DNA of 64,000 bases from Obrimoposthia wandeli (lineage: Eukaryota): positions 1 to 64,000 of the forward strand of contig CDROCS010003840.1 of the NCBI GenBank assembly GCA_977020255.1. The letters run 5' to 3'. The notes under the pieces were generated by a model. It ran no database searches, was not told the origin of the DNA, and saw only the letters and a list, made by a program, of their open reading frames with translations. This document shows, piece by piece, positions 10,743 through 23,622 of the stretch; the stretch's first letter is position 1; each line of letters begins with the position of its first letter. The position numbers and the translations under genes were made by a program.

Positions 10743-11806
10743 ATGAAAATATATTGATAGTTGGATAGTGGCGAATAGAAAACAATTGGTGACCGCGCAA
10801 TTTTAGCGGGAATTATCTCGTTCATTAATAAGGCTTTTGATGATTATCATATCACTCTTGGAAGCTTATATCCATTTTTCTCAAAGAGGACCTTGAGTGA
10901 AGATCAATATTTCATTAACGAAATTATTAATAAAAAAATTGCTATCTCTATTATAGATACTAGAGATAGCAAAGTGTTTAGGAATAACAATATTTTAGAG
11001 TCTTGATTTGCTAATCATGGAGGGGGGGCTCCTTATGGATATTGGAAGAATTGGCTATGGTAGAATATGCCTTCAAATTTGCAAAAAACTAATATAAAAA
11101 CAGCAATTATTGGATGTGGAGTTGGGCCCTTATATAATAAGAAAAATAGAAAGACTGTTGATAATATCATAAGCAATTCAGATTTAACAATATTTCGTGA
11201 TAATAAATCCAATGAGTTTTATAATGAAATAAAAAGAATTCAACCCATTAACCATGTGATAATAAAAATTGCTTTGTTAGTTTCGATCCTGCTGTTGAAT
11301 GCGTGCGCTAAAGTTCAATGAAATTACGAAGAATAAGATAATTGAAGATGAAAAATATTATTTAAATCAAATCGCAGGAGTTTCCATTAGAACAGCAGTC
11401 AATCGAATAATGATGTCAATGATAGGCTTATATAATTAATGGAGGAATATTGATAATGAGTGAAATGCAATAAACTTATTCCAATGCATTATTTCTTTTT
11501 ATAGGTACAGACGACAGAGTTTTTTTGAAGAAGTAAAAGAACAAATACAAAATACTGTCCGTGTCTAAAATTGAGCTTAAACAAACTTTGAATTCCTTCA
11601 AATATGCAACAACAAATGTAGGCATGAGGTTTCACGTTGTTGTATTACAGACTATAGTATCTGGTAGAAACTATATACTCGACTATACAGAACCAAACAA
11701 AGGGAAAATTAGTGGATTTATAGAAGATATAGATGATTATAAATTTTATGAGAATAGATTTTATACATTGCAAGATTCAAATTCAAATTTGAAGACAACA
11801 AAATGA
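10743..11806 (+). pseudogene. Polysaccharide pyruvyl transferase family (WcaK/CsaB-like); frameshifted as given
   Basis: TIGDRAILAGII near the start, a GGG stretch, IIGCGVGPL, SDLTIFRD..S and VGMRFH motifs across several frames. Confidence 0.75.
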
Positions 11807-11875
11807 AAATTCTTTGATGAAAGCAAGCTATATAATAAACTAAATATTTATTCTGGATGAACTATAAAACACAAG

Positions 11876-13080
11876 ATGAAGGTATTAATAGTTAGCTTTT
11901 CAGATTTTAGTGGTGGTGCAGCTAGAGCTGCATTGAGGTTACATAAATCATTATTAAAAAATAGAAATGTATCAGAATCTAAAATGGTTGTTTTTAATAA
12001 ACAAACAGGTTTAAATTCTGTTATAGAAGCAAACCAAAAATTGAAAAAATTGAGGCCTGCATTAGATACTCTATTTTCAAAATCATATAAAAAAAACACA
12101 ATGCATAGCAACAACCTTCTTCCATCATCTGCGCTTATCAAAAATAATTGAAGATGAGTTTTAATAGAGAAACTTTGCATTGGGTAAATGGTCTAATTAG
12201 TATATTGAATAAAAATATTAATATGGTCACGGTGTATTCTACAAGAGTGTGGCCTTTACCGGAGGTTGTCATTACGTATCAACTTGTGATAAATATAAGT
12301 CATCATGTGGAAAGTGTCCAAATTTAAATAGTACTTATAAATATGATCTTTCTAGTTTAATCTTTGATCGGAAAAAATCGATATATAATAATTGTACAAA
12401 TTTATCAGCTATTGGTCTTAGCGAATGGATGGCTGAATCTGCAAAATCAAGTACATTATTTAAAGATAAGACAGTAGTTAACTTACCAAACCCAATTGAC
12501 CTAAATGTTTTCAGAAATTGTACAAGAGATTTTCGTAGTTTATGGGGATTGCCACCAAATAAAAAATTAATTTTATTTGGGGCAGTCTCAGCCGTGGATG
12601 ACCCACGAAAAGGTTTTACGGAACTAATTAAAGCGACTGATTACCTAGATTCTAATTATGAATTTGTTGTTTTTGGAGCAGAGGAGCCCAAAAGTCCAGT
12701 TATATTAAAACATAAAATTCATTATATTGGTAAACTTTATGATGATTTTACCATTATGTCATTATTGAACTCTGTGGATGTAATGGTTGTGCCTTCGCTA
12801 GAAGAAAATTTATCAAATGCGATTATGGAGAGTTTAGCTTGTAAAAACCTCTTTAAGCCAGCCTTTGATGTTGGAGGAAATAGATATGATACAACATAAA
12901 ATAAATGGTTATTTAGCTGAAGTTTAATCCATTATTAGACTGGCTTTGCATCGATTGGTTATTAGAGCAAGATTCGACGGAAATATCTCCCTTATGTACT
13001 GAAAGTGTGAGAATAAAATTCTCGGATGAAATAGTTTCACAACGTTATGTTGATTTCTGTCTTGGATTACTTCATAAATG
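11876..13080 (+). pseudogene. GT4 glycosyltransferase, WcaC-like; frameshifted as given
   Basis: SDFSGGAARAALRLH, AFTGGCHY..CDKYKSSCGKCP, VVPSLEENLSNAIMESLAC. Confidence 0.8.
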
Positions 13081-14322
13081 AGTAAATTAGATAATCCGAA
13101 ACTGCTGGTGATTGATAAGCTTATAAAAGTGTTATTTTATTTTCAATTGGTATGGCTGTTGCAAGATACTTAGGACCTAAACAGTTTGGGTTATATAGCC
13201 ATTACATTTCAGTGATGGCAATGTTTTTACCTATAGCCATGTTTGGGTTAGAGGCAATAACAATGCGTAAATTTGCCAATAATAACTACTATCGTAATAG
13301 TCCTTATCTTATGAGTGCTATAGTTTTTAGGTTTTTATCGGCGACATTAGCGTTATTGGCATTTAGTATTTATTCGTACTTTTACATTGATACTGAAAAT
13401 TCATTTTTAATAATATTAACAATATGCTCAGTTTACTATTATAGCTATTCAATTTATTTCTTCGAATATTATTTCAGAGCAAAATTATTTGTAAGGGAAT
13501 TATTACTAATTAGTTTTATTCAAATATTTAGTAGTTTGATTGTTAAAGAATCCTTTGATTTATTTTAACTTCAGTTATGAATATTTCCTGATGTCATTTT
13601 GTTTTCGACTTTGTAATTTCTGGAATACTATTTTTTGTTTTTTATTTATTTAAAGTCGATAGACTTTGCATGTCTTTCTCTCATGAAATATTGATTGAAT
13701 TGTTTATAAAGGGATCTCCATTATTTATTTCCTGTAAGCTTGTTGGATGGATTTTATAGAAACTATGATATTGTATTCTTTGGGAAAGCGGCTAGTGAGA
13801 ATTTAGTAGGTAACTATGCTATTGCTTCAAAATTGGTTGGCGGAACATTTATAATACCAGTTATTTTGTGTAATAATAAATTAAAAACATTAATGAATGC
13901 ATCCTCAAAAGAGTTATATCGAAAAGAATTTATAACTCTTTTTCGTAATGTTATTGTAATTTCATTTTTGATCTATATTGGATTGAATATAATCGTAGCG
14001 CCAATTGCAAAAATAATTTTGGGTGAAGGGTATGACGAGCCTGGTGACGTTATCATACGCATCATTATATATTGTAGTTGTATCTCTGGATACGCTAGTT
14101 CAAAATCACTTTATTAATTTAAATATGCAAAATCGGTTGCTAACATATTCATTGTTTATAGCGTCTTTTGTTTTTATAATGCATGGAATGCTTTTTGATA
14201 TATATGGAGTTTATGGGGTAATAGTATCTGTCATATTATCTTTCCCATTTGGAATTATAGCAAATTGTATTTTTGGGGATTGGAGGAGAAGTTTATATGC
14301 AATTATTAAAAATGGTCATTAG
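13078..14322 (+). pseudogene. wzx: Wzx-type flippase; frameshifted as given
   Basis: VARYLGPKQFGLY, multiple TM segments and LVGNYAIASKL across three frames. Confidence 0.75.
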
Positions 14323-15469
14323 AAAGTTGCCTTGGTTTATAAAAGATTTAATTGCTTATGCTTATAACAAAATAAGGAAAAGAAGAAGAATCAATGTGTT
14401 TAAACCGATCATGAAAAAAGCACTTCTTGTTTATATTGTTGAACCTTTTACTACAAAAAAAACACATTCTACTCATTCCAATTTTATGGAAGCAAGGCTA
14501 ATTGCTAATGGTTTGAATCTAAACGGATTTAATGTTGATGTTGTTAGTTATGATGAAGATTATGAGCACATAGAATTAAACATTATGATGTGATTGTAGG
14601 TTTTGGCAACCTGTTGAAAAAGCAGTTAAGTTGGGTGTCTCTCCAGTTGCTATTTTTGTATGCTACTGATGTGAGTTCATGTAAAATATTAAAATATTAA
14701 GGAGAGCATTCTTTTAAAATGAACGGAGTTCATTGTTTTTATATAGAACCCCTAAATATTCTTTCTCCTTCAACATGCTTTTTTCTGATGCGGTATTTTA
14801 TTTGGGTAATAAAGCTAGAGCTAAAACTTTTGAAACATTTAGTGAGCGAGTTGTTGTAAACGCATGTCTTCCGCCTATTTCAAATATTGTATGTGACAAT
14901 ATTGATGATCTTTCATTTGTTAAAAAGTATCGGAGGAGTTTTGTATGGTTCAAAGTTCTGAGTAAAGCATAAAGGTCTTAATTTATTATTACAATTTTTC
15001 ATTAAGCATAAAAATTATAAGTTATATGTGTGCGGGAATATACATGATGAATTGATTAATTGGGATGAATATAGAGCTGCTTACCAATGTGATAATATTA
15101 TATTTTATGGATTGAAGATATTGCTAATAAGTGTACTTTACGATGTTTCTTTTCGACAGGTTTTGTTTACTTTTATTTTACCTTCTTTGTAAAGTAAAGG
15201 GCTCCTGAGCTATAGTGAATACAATATATTCAGGAGGAATGATTCCAATCATAACAGCTGAATGTGGCTTTTCCGTAGATAAAAATTTCTTAATTGATGG
15301 TCTATCATATGCTGATTTGGAAGATTGTATTTTGAAATTAGATAAGCTACCTGATGATTTTTTATATACATATAGAAACGAAATATTTAATAAGGTTTTT
15401 ACGGATTTTACAGAGAAGAATTACTCTGAAAAGTTTGATTATGTTATAAATCAAGTTTGTAAGGACTAA
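14297..15469 (+). pseudogene. Probable glycosyltransferase; fragmented
   Basis: GGAGGA SD before the ATG at 14297. Fragments include HSNFMEARLIANGL and GGMIPIIT.ECG (GT-B-like C-terminus). Located in the capsule cluster. Confidence 0.5.
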
Positions 15470-15473
15470 TATT

Positions 15474-16219
15474 ATGATTGATTACTCTATAATAATTGCA
15501 ACATTCAATGCAGAACGATATATCACTAAAGTGTTAGAATCGGTAAAAAACCTTCACGTAGAACCCTCTTTTAAGTTTGAACTTATTGTGGTAGATGGAA
15601 AGTCCAGCGACAACACCTTAAAGCTATTAAGTAAATTTGAGGATTTAATAGATATATTAATTGTCGAAAAGGACTCTGGTATCTATGATGTGGAATAAAG
15701 GTGTTAATGCGTCACAAGGCAAAATGGATTATGTTTATTGAAATGATGATGAAATATTGCCAGATGCTTTAATTTCTTATCATAATCACATTAAATCTAA
15801 TTCATTATATAGTTTTGATTTTATTAGTTCTAGAGTCCAGTTAGTAACCGATAAAGATGAAAATTTAAGAGTAATAGGAGATGAGTTTAACTGGCGTATT
15901 TTCAGAAAACCGATGAATGTGGCTCATGTTGGAGCTTTGCATTCAAGACGATTATTTGAAGTACTGGTATCTATGATCTTAATTTCAAGATTTGCGGTGA
16001 TTATGAGTTACTTCTAGGAAAGAGATAAGCTGCGTTCATCATATTTACCTGAGGTGACTGCCAATATGATGATTGGTGGTGTTAGCTATGCATCACCCAA
16101 AGCTGTTATTGAAAACAATTTCTGCACAAAAAATTACATTCCGGATCATCAAGGTTATCTCTTTTATTTCGAAAGTTTTATTTGTTATTTAAATTAAAAG
16201 TTAAATGTTGGTTAAGTAA
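15474..16219 (+). pseudogene. GT2 glycosyltransferase, WcaE-like; frameshifted as given
   Basis: YSIIIATFN, VVDGKSSDNT, EKDSGIYD(..W)NKG, AHVGALH. Confidence 0.8.
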
Positions 16220-17385
16220 TGATGGTTAAAATTGTGTTTTTTTTACTTTTTTTTCTCCCTTCACTATTTTCAGGCTTATTTAATGTGTCATTTGCACCGG
16301 GCTCTATCGTTGCTCTATTTATTTGTAATAGCCTTATGCTTTCCGGATGTCAAACTATATAAAATAAGCAAAGTGATCTAACTGCTTTTATTGTTCTATA
16401 TTAGTGTTAACTTTGTTTTCAATAGTTTTTTCATTATTTCAATATCATGGTTTTAATGGGGTTGAGGGTAAAGTTATTATATCTTACTTTATTTTTTCTT
16501 TTATGGTTTTGTGTTGTTATGTTTTATACCAATACTTTAATTCTTTAAGTGATAATAGTATTTATACCGTAATATCTTTCTATTATAAATCATGCGTGGT
16601 ATTAGCTATAGTATGTATCTTTTTTACGTTAATAGGTATTCTGACTAGCAAAAGTATGTACTTTTTTTCTGAACCATCTCATTTCGCATTGATTTATGGG
16701 GTGTTATCTCTATATTTGTCAGTAAGTGAAAAGGGAAGGCGATTTAGAAACCATATATTGATAATTTCTCTTTTTTTTGGTCTAGGTTTAAGCAATCTCG
16801 TTTTGTTAGTGTTTTCTCTTTGTAATTGGTTTTTCTCCATAAGAAGAATAAATGAATACCTATACTTGTTTTTTTATGTTTATACTCTCTATTGATTATA
16901 CCTATATTCTTTGATGTTCACATTTACAGATAGGTTAGCAATTTAAATGACTCAACGGATAACCTTCTGGGTATTGGTTTACATGTCAGGAGTTGCTAGA
17001 TTTTTTTAAACTTCACTAATCTGAATTATATGGTGTTGGATTTCATGCAAGGGTACATTAATTCAGTAGTAGGGAAGTATCAACAGTTACTGGATAATCT
17101 TAAGGTTGGCACTTTAAATTTAAAAGATGGTTCATTTATTCTCTCTAAGTTAATTGTAGAGTTTGGCCTTTTGGGGGTATTTGGAGTTATTATATATGTT
17201 TTTTTCCTTTTTAAATTAAACTCCAAGTTTAGGTGCTCTGAGATTTCGACTGAAAGAGATTTACTTTATTATACTATACTGCTCTTCTTTGTTCCTCTGT
17301 TTGTTAGGAGGGGTATTTTAACCTAACGTGGTGCTTTTCTTATATCCATTTTTAGCGTTTTTTTTCTTTTATAAAAGAGGTCCTG
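16219..17385 (+). pseudogene. Wzy-like polymerase (polytopic membrane protein); frameshifted as given
   Basis: Very hydrophobic AT-rich fragments with FFSEPSHFA and LIVEFGLLGV, between GT genes in a wzx/wza/wzc locus. Confidence 0.55.
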
Positions 17386-18660
17386 ATGGAACCTGAATCT
17401 TTAAATAGTCAAAATATAGTAATAATCAACTTTCTGATTACTGTGGTAGTGCAGCAATAGCGGCAGTTACAATATGAAATTGTTCTACTACAATACAAAT
17501 TCAAGAATTAAACTTATTACTTCTGAAAAGAAAAAACCTAATGTGAACGAAAGGCTGTCATACTTTTTTAATTTTGGATTTAGGCTTATATCTCATGCTA
17601 TTATGAAGGTGAGCTTTAAGAAACAAGAGCACAAGTCCTCACTAAATATATTCAGTTCATCATTGATTAAACGATATTTAAGAAAAAACTTCGACAATAT
17701 TGATATAGTTCACTTTCACTGGATAAATAACGAAACTTTGTCTTTGTTTTTTGTAAGAGAATTGTTATCAAATGGTAGAAGTAAAAGGTTTGTATTTACA
17801 TTGCATGATGATTGGTTTTTCAGTAACAGAGCATGCTTTCGTATGATGATAGCTATAAAGTGGCTATAGAATGATTTGCTTTTCAAATTAAATATTGATT
17901 ATCTTATTTTTAATTTGAAATGACTATGTTACCTTTTTTAAAAAAAGTAATGTTCTATTTACTGTACCTTCTAGCTATTTATATGAAAAGGCTAAATCTA
18001 GTTTGCTACTTAATGATGCTATTATAAAGTATTGTTCCTTTAATTATATTGATTGTGTGACATTCCAACCACTAGAAATGCCCCAGTAAGATTAGAGTTT
18101 GGCTTGCCAATGGATAGGGTTTTTATTTTTGCTCTGATCTGCTGGTGAATTTGAATTCTATAGTGTGGATTTTGTTGGAAGCATACTTTGGGTAAAATTA
18201 AAAAAAGGCACCCTAAATTCAATTCATTGTTTGTTAACTTTGGTGGCAAAGCACCTGGCAAGCTCAATGTGTGGTTTTGATTTAGTTGAGTTAAAGCTAT
18301 ATTTCTGACAAAGTTGCACTTGCGGCTATATTCCAGGTAGATTGTACTGTAGTGCCATCTCGTACAGAATCCTTTGGTCAGGTTGCCGCTGAAAGCTTAT
18401 CTTGTCAAACGCCTGTATGTGCTTTTAATAACAGTGGATTAACTGATATTGTTTTTAATAATATCTCAGGTTTTTTGGTTCAAGCATTCGATATCGAGTT
18501 ATTCTCGGAAGCACTATTTAATGTATATATTATGGACCCGGAAAAGAGAAAAAATTTAGGTGTTAATGGTCGTAAAACATATTATTTTAAGTGAATTTTC
18601 TAAAGATATTATTCAAAATAAATGGGAATTAATTTATAATGGTGAAGAAAATAATGAATA
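17386..18660 (+). pseudogene. Second WcaC-like GT4 glycosyltransferase; frameshifted as given
   Basis: IINFSDY.GSAAIAA, DIVHFHWINN, FTLHDDW, PSRTESFGQVAAESLSCQTPV. Confidence 0.75.
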
Positions 18661-19760
18661 AAGTAGCTTTAATTTCTACTATAACTGATGGTTTGCTCTT
18701 ATTTAGCTGAGCTTTTGCTGAAAAAAGGTTATGAGGTACATGGACTTATTCGCCGTGCTTCCTCTTTTAATACACAACGTATAGATAGTTTAATTTTTAG
18801 CTCAGATAAAGTTCATCTTCATTATGGTGATTTGACTGATTCTTCTAACCTAATTCGTCTTGTAAAAGATATTCAACCTGATGAAGTTTATAATCTGGGT
18901 GCGATGTCGCACGTGGCTGTTTCATTTGAATCGCCAGAATATACTGCTGATGTGGATGCGATGGGCACCATTCGTTTGCTGGAAGCGATCCGTATTAATG
19001 GTCTTGAGAAAAAGACCCGCTTTTATCAAGCTTCAACTTCCGAGCTGTTCGGTGAAGTTCAAGAAACGCCACAAAAAGAAACCACTCCTTTTTACCCGCG
19101 CTCTCCTTATGCCGTAGCCAAAATGTATGCGTATTGGATCACGGTAAACTACCGTGAGTCGTATGGTATGTATGCTTGTAACGGTATTTTGTTTAACCAT
19201 GAGTCACCACGTCGGGGTGAAACCTTTGTTACCCGTAAAATCACCCGCACCCTTGCGAACATCTCTCTGGGTTTAGAGTCGTGCTTAGAGTTGGGCAACA
19301 TGGACGAGACTGGGTGATCAGTCATGCAAAAGATTATGTGCGTATGCAATGGATGATGTTGCAACAAGACGTGGCGGATGATTTCGTTATCGCCACCGGT
19401 AAGCAAATCTCAGTGCGTGAATTTGTCCGTATGTCTGCGAAAGAAGCGGGTATCGAGCTGGCGTTTACTGGCGAAGGTGTGAATGAAATCGCGACAGTTA
19501 CAGGGGTTGATAGCGCAAAAGTATCTGATGTTGCTATCGGCGATGTGATTGTGCGTGTTAATCCTAAGTTCTTCCGTCCTGCAGAAGTTGAAACGCTATT
19601 AGGCGACCCAAGTAAAGCCAAAGCAAAACTTGGTTGGGTACCTGAAATTACCGTTGAAGAAATGTGTATTGAAATGGTGCAGTCGGATGTCGCGAAATCA
19701 AAGCAGCACGCGTTATTGAAAGCCCACGGTTTTGATGTGTCTATCTCTTTGGAAAACTAA
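18654..19760 (+). pseudogene. gmd: GDP-mannose 4,6-dehydratase; frameshifted near 18680 and 19315
   Basis: [70 protein letters not shown]. Confidence 0.95.
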
Positions 19761-19765
19761 ACACT

Positions 19766-20737
19766 ATGTTAGTGAATAAAAAACGTGTTTTTGTCGCCGG
19801 GCACCGCGGCATGGTGGGCTCCGCCATTGTGCGTCAGTTATCAGCCCGTGATGACATTGAGCTGGTGACGCGTAACCGCACAGAATTAGACTTGACCAGC
19901 CAACAGGCGGTGAGTGATTTTTTTGCGGCTGAACGTATCGATGAAGTGTATTTGGCGGCGGCAAAGGTGGGGGGCATTCATGCCAACAACACTTACCCAG
20001 CTGAGTTCATTTTTGAAAACCTGATGATGGAATGCAATATTGTGCACGCTGCGCATCAGAATGATGTGCAAAACCTGCTCTTTTTAGGCTCTTCGTGCAT
20101 TTACCCGAAATTGGCTGAGCAGCCGATGACCGAAACGGCGCTATTAACGGGTACGTTAGAAGCGACCAACGAGAGCGTACGCGATTGGCAAGATTGCGGG
20201 TATCGTTGTGTGAATCGTACAACCGCCGGGTTACGGTCGTAATTACTCTCGCGTGATGCCGACTAACCTGTATGGCATGAACGATAATTTCCATCCGGAC
20301 AATTCTCACGTTATTCCGGCATTGATGCGCCGCTTCCACGAAGCAAAGCTGAACAATGACAAAGAAGTGGTGGTGTGGGGTACGGGTACCCCGATGCGCG
20401 AGTTCTTGTATGTGGATGACATGGCTGCGGCCTCTATCCATGTCATGGAGCTAGACACGCAGACTTATCAGGACAATACCCAGCCGATGCTGCTTCTGCC
20501 ATCAATGTAAAATGGGTGTGATTGCAATTATTCGCGAAATGGTGAAACCATGGCGAAAGTCGTGGGTTTCACGGTGATGTCGTGTTTGACAGCACCAAAC
20601 CTGACGGTGCGCCCTGTAAGCTGATGAACGTGAGCTGCTTAGCCGATTTAGGTTGGCGTTACCAGATTGAGCTTGAGCAAGGTTTAGCTACAACCTATCA
20701 GTGGTTCTTGGCCAACCAGGCGAACTTTCGCGCTTAA
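19766..20737 (+). pseudogene. fcl: GDP-L-fucose synthase; several frameshifts
   Basis: [57 protein letters not shown]. Confidence 0.93.
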
Positions 20738-20760
20738 GCGTACACACCAGCAAGGATAAG

Positions 20761-21228
20761 ATGGACTATGACACAGCGCTTAGAGTTGGCGTTATTTAAA
20801 CGGTGGTGGCGAATACCCCGTTGATATCCATTGATTTGATTGTGTGCAATGCGCAAGGTCAGGTGCTGCTCTCGGTCAGCGCCTGAAACTGTCCGGCCAA
20901 GGGGACTGGTTTGTCCCTGGTGGGCGTATTTGCAAAAGATGAATCGATGGCCGTGGCGTTTTCGGTTAGTACAGGCGTTGTTAGGCTGCGGATCAGATTC
21001 CGTGACGCCCAGTTTATCGGGCCGTTTGAACACTTCTATTCAGATAACTTTTCCGGTGTCGACTTTTCTACCCATTACGTGGTGCTGGGCTATCGCCTGG
21101 TTGATATTGACCTTGATAGCCTGCCTCAAGAGCAACATCATCATTACTGCTGGTTTGGCGTCAGAGAGTCACGGCCTGACGAGGCGCACCTGCACACCAA
21201 GTGGTACTTTATGAATGGAAATCAGTAA
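20761..21228 (+). pseudogene. gmm: GDP-mannose mannosyl hydrolase (Nudix); frameshifted
   Basis: VVANTPLISIDLIV, WFVPGGRI.KDES, EHFYSDNF...STHYVVLGY. Confidence 0.85.
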
Positions 21229-21231
21229 ATC

Positions 21232-22430
21232 ATGTTATTACCTGTCATTATGGCGGGCGGCTCAGGCAGTCGTTTATGGCCATTATCGCGTACGCTATAC
21301 CCCAAGCAATTTCTCTCTCTGACCAACAATACCACCATGCTGCAAGAAACGGTGGCACGCTTGGAGGGGCTCTCGCATCAGGCGCCTTTCTTCATTTGTA
21401 ATGAAGAGCACCGTTTCATTGTGGCCGAGCAGCTGCGTCAGCAGCAGTTATCACACAGTGGTATCGTGTTAGAGCCAGTCGGGCGTAATACCGCCCCCGC
21501 GATAGCCTTGGCCGCCTTGCATGCTACCGCGAATGATGATGACCCATTGTTATTGGTACTGGCAGCAGACCATGTCATCTTAAATCAATCGGCGTTTGTG
21601 GATGCGGTGAATTCAGCCATTCCTCAAGCTGAAGTTGGCAAGCTAGTCACTTTTGGTATTGTGCCTCACGCCCCTGAAACCGGGTATGGGTATATCCGAC
21701 AAGGGCTAGCTGTTTCTGATGTGGCGTACACCGTGGATGCGTTTGTTGAAAAACCGGATGCAGAGACAGCCCAGCAATACTTGAGAGTGGGGAGTATTAT
21801 TGGAACAGTGGGATGTTTTTATCCAAAGCGTCCCGTTACCTGCAAGGGCTTGAAGCCCACCGTCCCGATATTTTGACTGCGTCAGCAAGTTACGATGGTG
21901 CCTATGCAGATTTGATTTCACCGTTTGATGAGCGGCTTTTTCCCGCTTGCCCGGCGATTCGGTCGACTATGCGGTCATGGAAAAAACCCAGGATGCGGTG
22001 GTTGTGCCGATGGACGCAAACTGGAGTGATGTGGGCTCTTGGTCTGCACTCTGGGAAGTGAATGCAAAAGACACCCAAGGTAATGCCACTCGGGGTGATG
22101 TCTTAATGGAAAATACCACTAACAGCTACATTTATTCGCAGAGTAAATTGGTGGCCACTGTTGGGGTGGACAACTTGGTGGTCGTAGAAACTAAAGACGC
22201 GGTCTTGATTGCGCATAAAGACAACGTGCAAGATGAAAGCGAATAGTCAATCAGTTAAAAAAGCAGACCGCCCCGAATACCTGCAACACCGTGAGGTTTA
22301 TCGTCCTTGGGGCTCGCATGATGCTATCGCTGATGGTGTGCGTTTTCATGTGAAGCGTTTGACGGTGAAGCCTGGCGAGAAAACGGCGACCCAAATGCAT
22401 TATCACCGCGCCGAGCACGGGTGGTGGCAT
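21232..22430 (+). pseudogene. manC: Mannose-1-phosphate guanylyltransferase/isomerase; frameshifted, 3' end missing
   Basis: [61 protein letters not shown]. Confidence 0.92.
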
Positions 22431-22469
22431 CTCCAGTTTTTAAAGAGGAGGCCTTATATTGGCGGGGGA

Positions 22470-23605
22470 ACTCTGACATCCTTCTGTTCTGAGCCTAATA
22501 GCCAGGCCCTCTATTTTGCCACCAAATACCTGGGTGTCGATGGGGGTATTGAAGTCACGGCGAGTCATAATCCGATGGATTATAACGGCATGAAATTAGT
22601 ACGTGACGACGCTAAACCCATCAGTGGTGATACAGGGTTACGTGATATTCAGCGATTAGCAGAAGTGAATGATTTTGCCCCTGTCACCCAACGAGGCTTG
22701 TTGACGAAGCAATCGAACCTCATGCCTTATGTCGATCATTTGATGACGTATATTTCGTGGTCATCAAGCCGATGAAACTGGTGGTGAATTCAGGAATGGG
22801 GCGGCGGGTCACGTGATTGATGAGCTTGTACGTTTTAACGCCTTAGATATTCCTGTGGAATTTATCAAGGTGCATCATCAGGCTGATGAATTTCTACCCA
22901 GTACCCAACCCGTTACTGCATGATTGCCGCGCCGATACCGCGAATGCGGTGATTGAACATCAAGCTGATATGGGCATTGCTTGGGATGGTGATTTTGACC
23001 GTTGCTTCTTGTTTGATGAAAACGGGCAATTTATTGAAGGGTATTATATCGTGGGCTTATTAGCGGAAGCTATAAAAATATTGATCCGCGTTTAACTTGG
23101 AATACCATTGATGTGGTTACTGCCGCAGGTGGTGAGCCTATCCTGTCTTTAAACGGGTCATGCTTTCATCAAAGAACGCATGCGTAAAGAAGACGCGGTA
23201 TACGGCGGTGAAATGAGCGCCCATCATTATTTCCGCGATTTTGCGTATTGTGACAGTGGAATGATCCCTTGGTTGTTGGTAGCAGAATTACTTCGCCGCG
23301 AAAGGCATGAAGTTATCGGATACGGTGAAAGCACGTATTGAAGCTTATCCATCATCAGGTGAGATTAATTCTAAATTAACAGATCCTCTAGCTGCGATTA
23401 CTCGTATTCGTTCTGTTTATGAACCTGACGCACTTAAACGTTGATGAGACTGATGGACTTGGAGTTTAGAGTTTACTGATTGGCGTTTTAATTTACGCGT
23501 TCATCGAATACTGAGCCTGTTATTCGTTTAAATGTTGAGTCACGAAAAAATATTCCTTGTGATGAAAGAAAAGACGGAAGAAATTTTACATTGCTTCGTC
23601 AGTAA
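22470..23605 (+). pseudogene. manB: Phosphomannomutase; 5' end missing or garbled, frameshifted
   Basis: [64 protein letters not shown]. Confidence 0.92.
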
Positions 23606-23622
23606 TTTATGATAATCGCAAA

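Noticed and set aside
9623-23605. Programmed frameshifting or phase variation as the cause of the split ORFs
   Set aside because: Breaks are too many, occur in short runs and in universally unsplit genes (gmd, fcl, manB), and include multi-base garbling.
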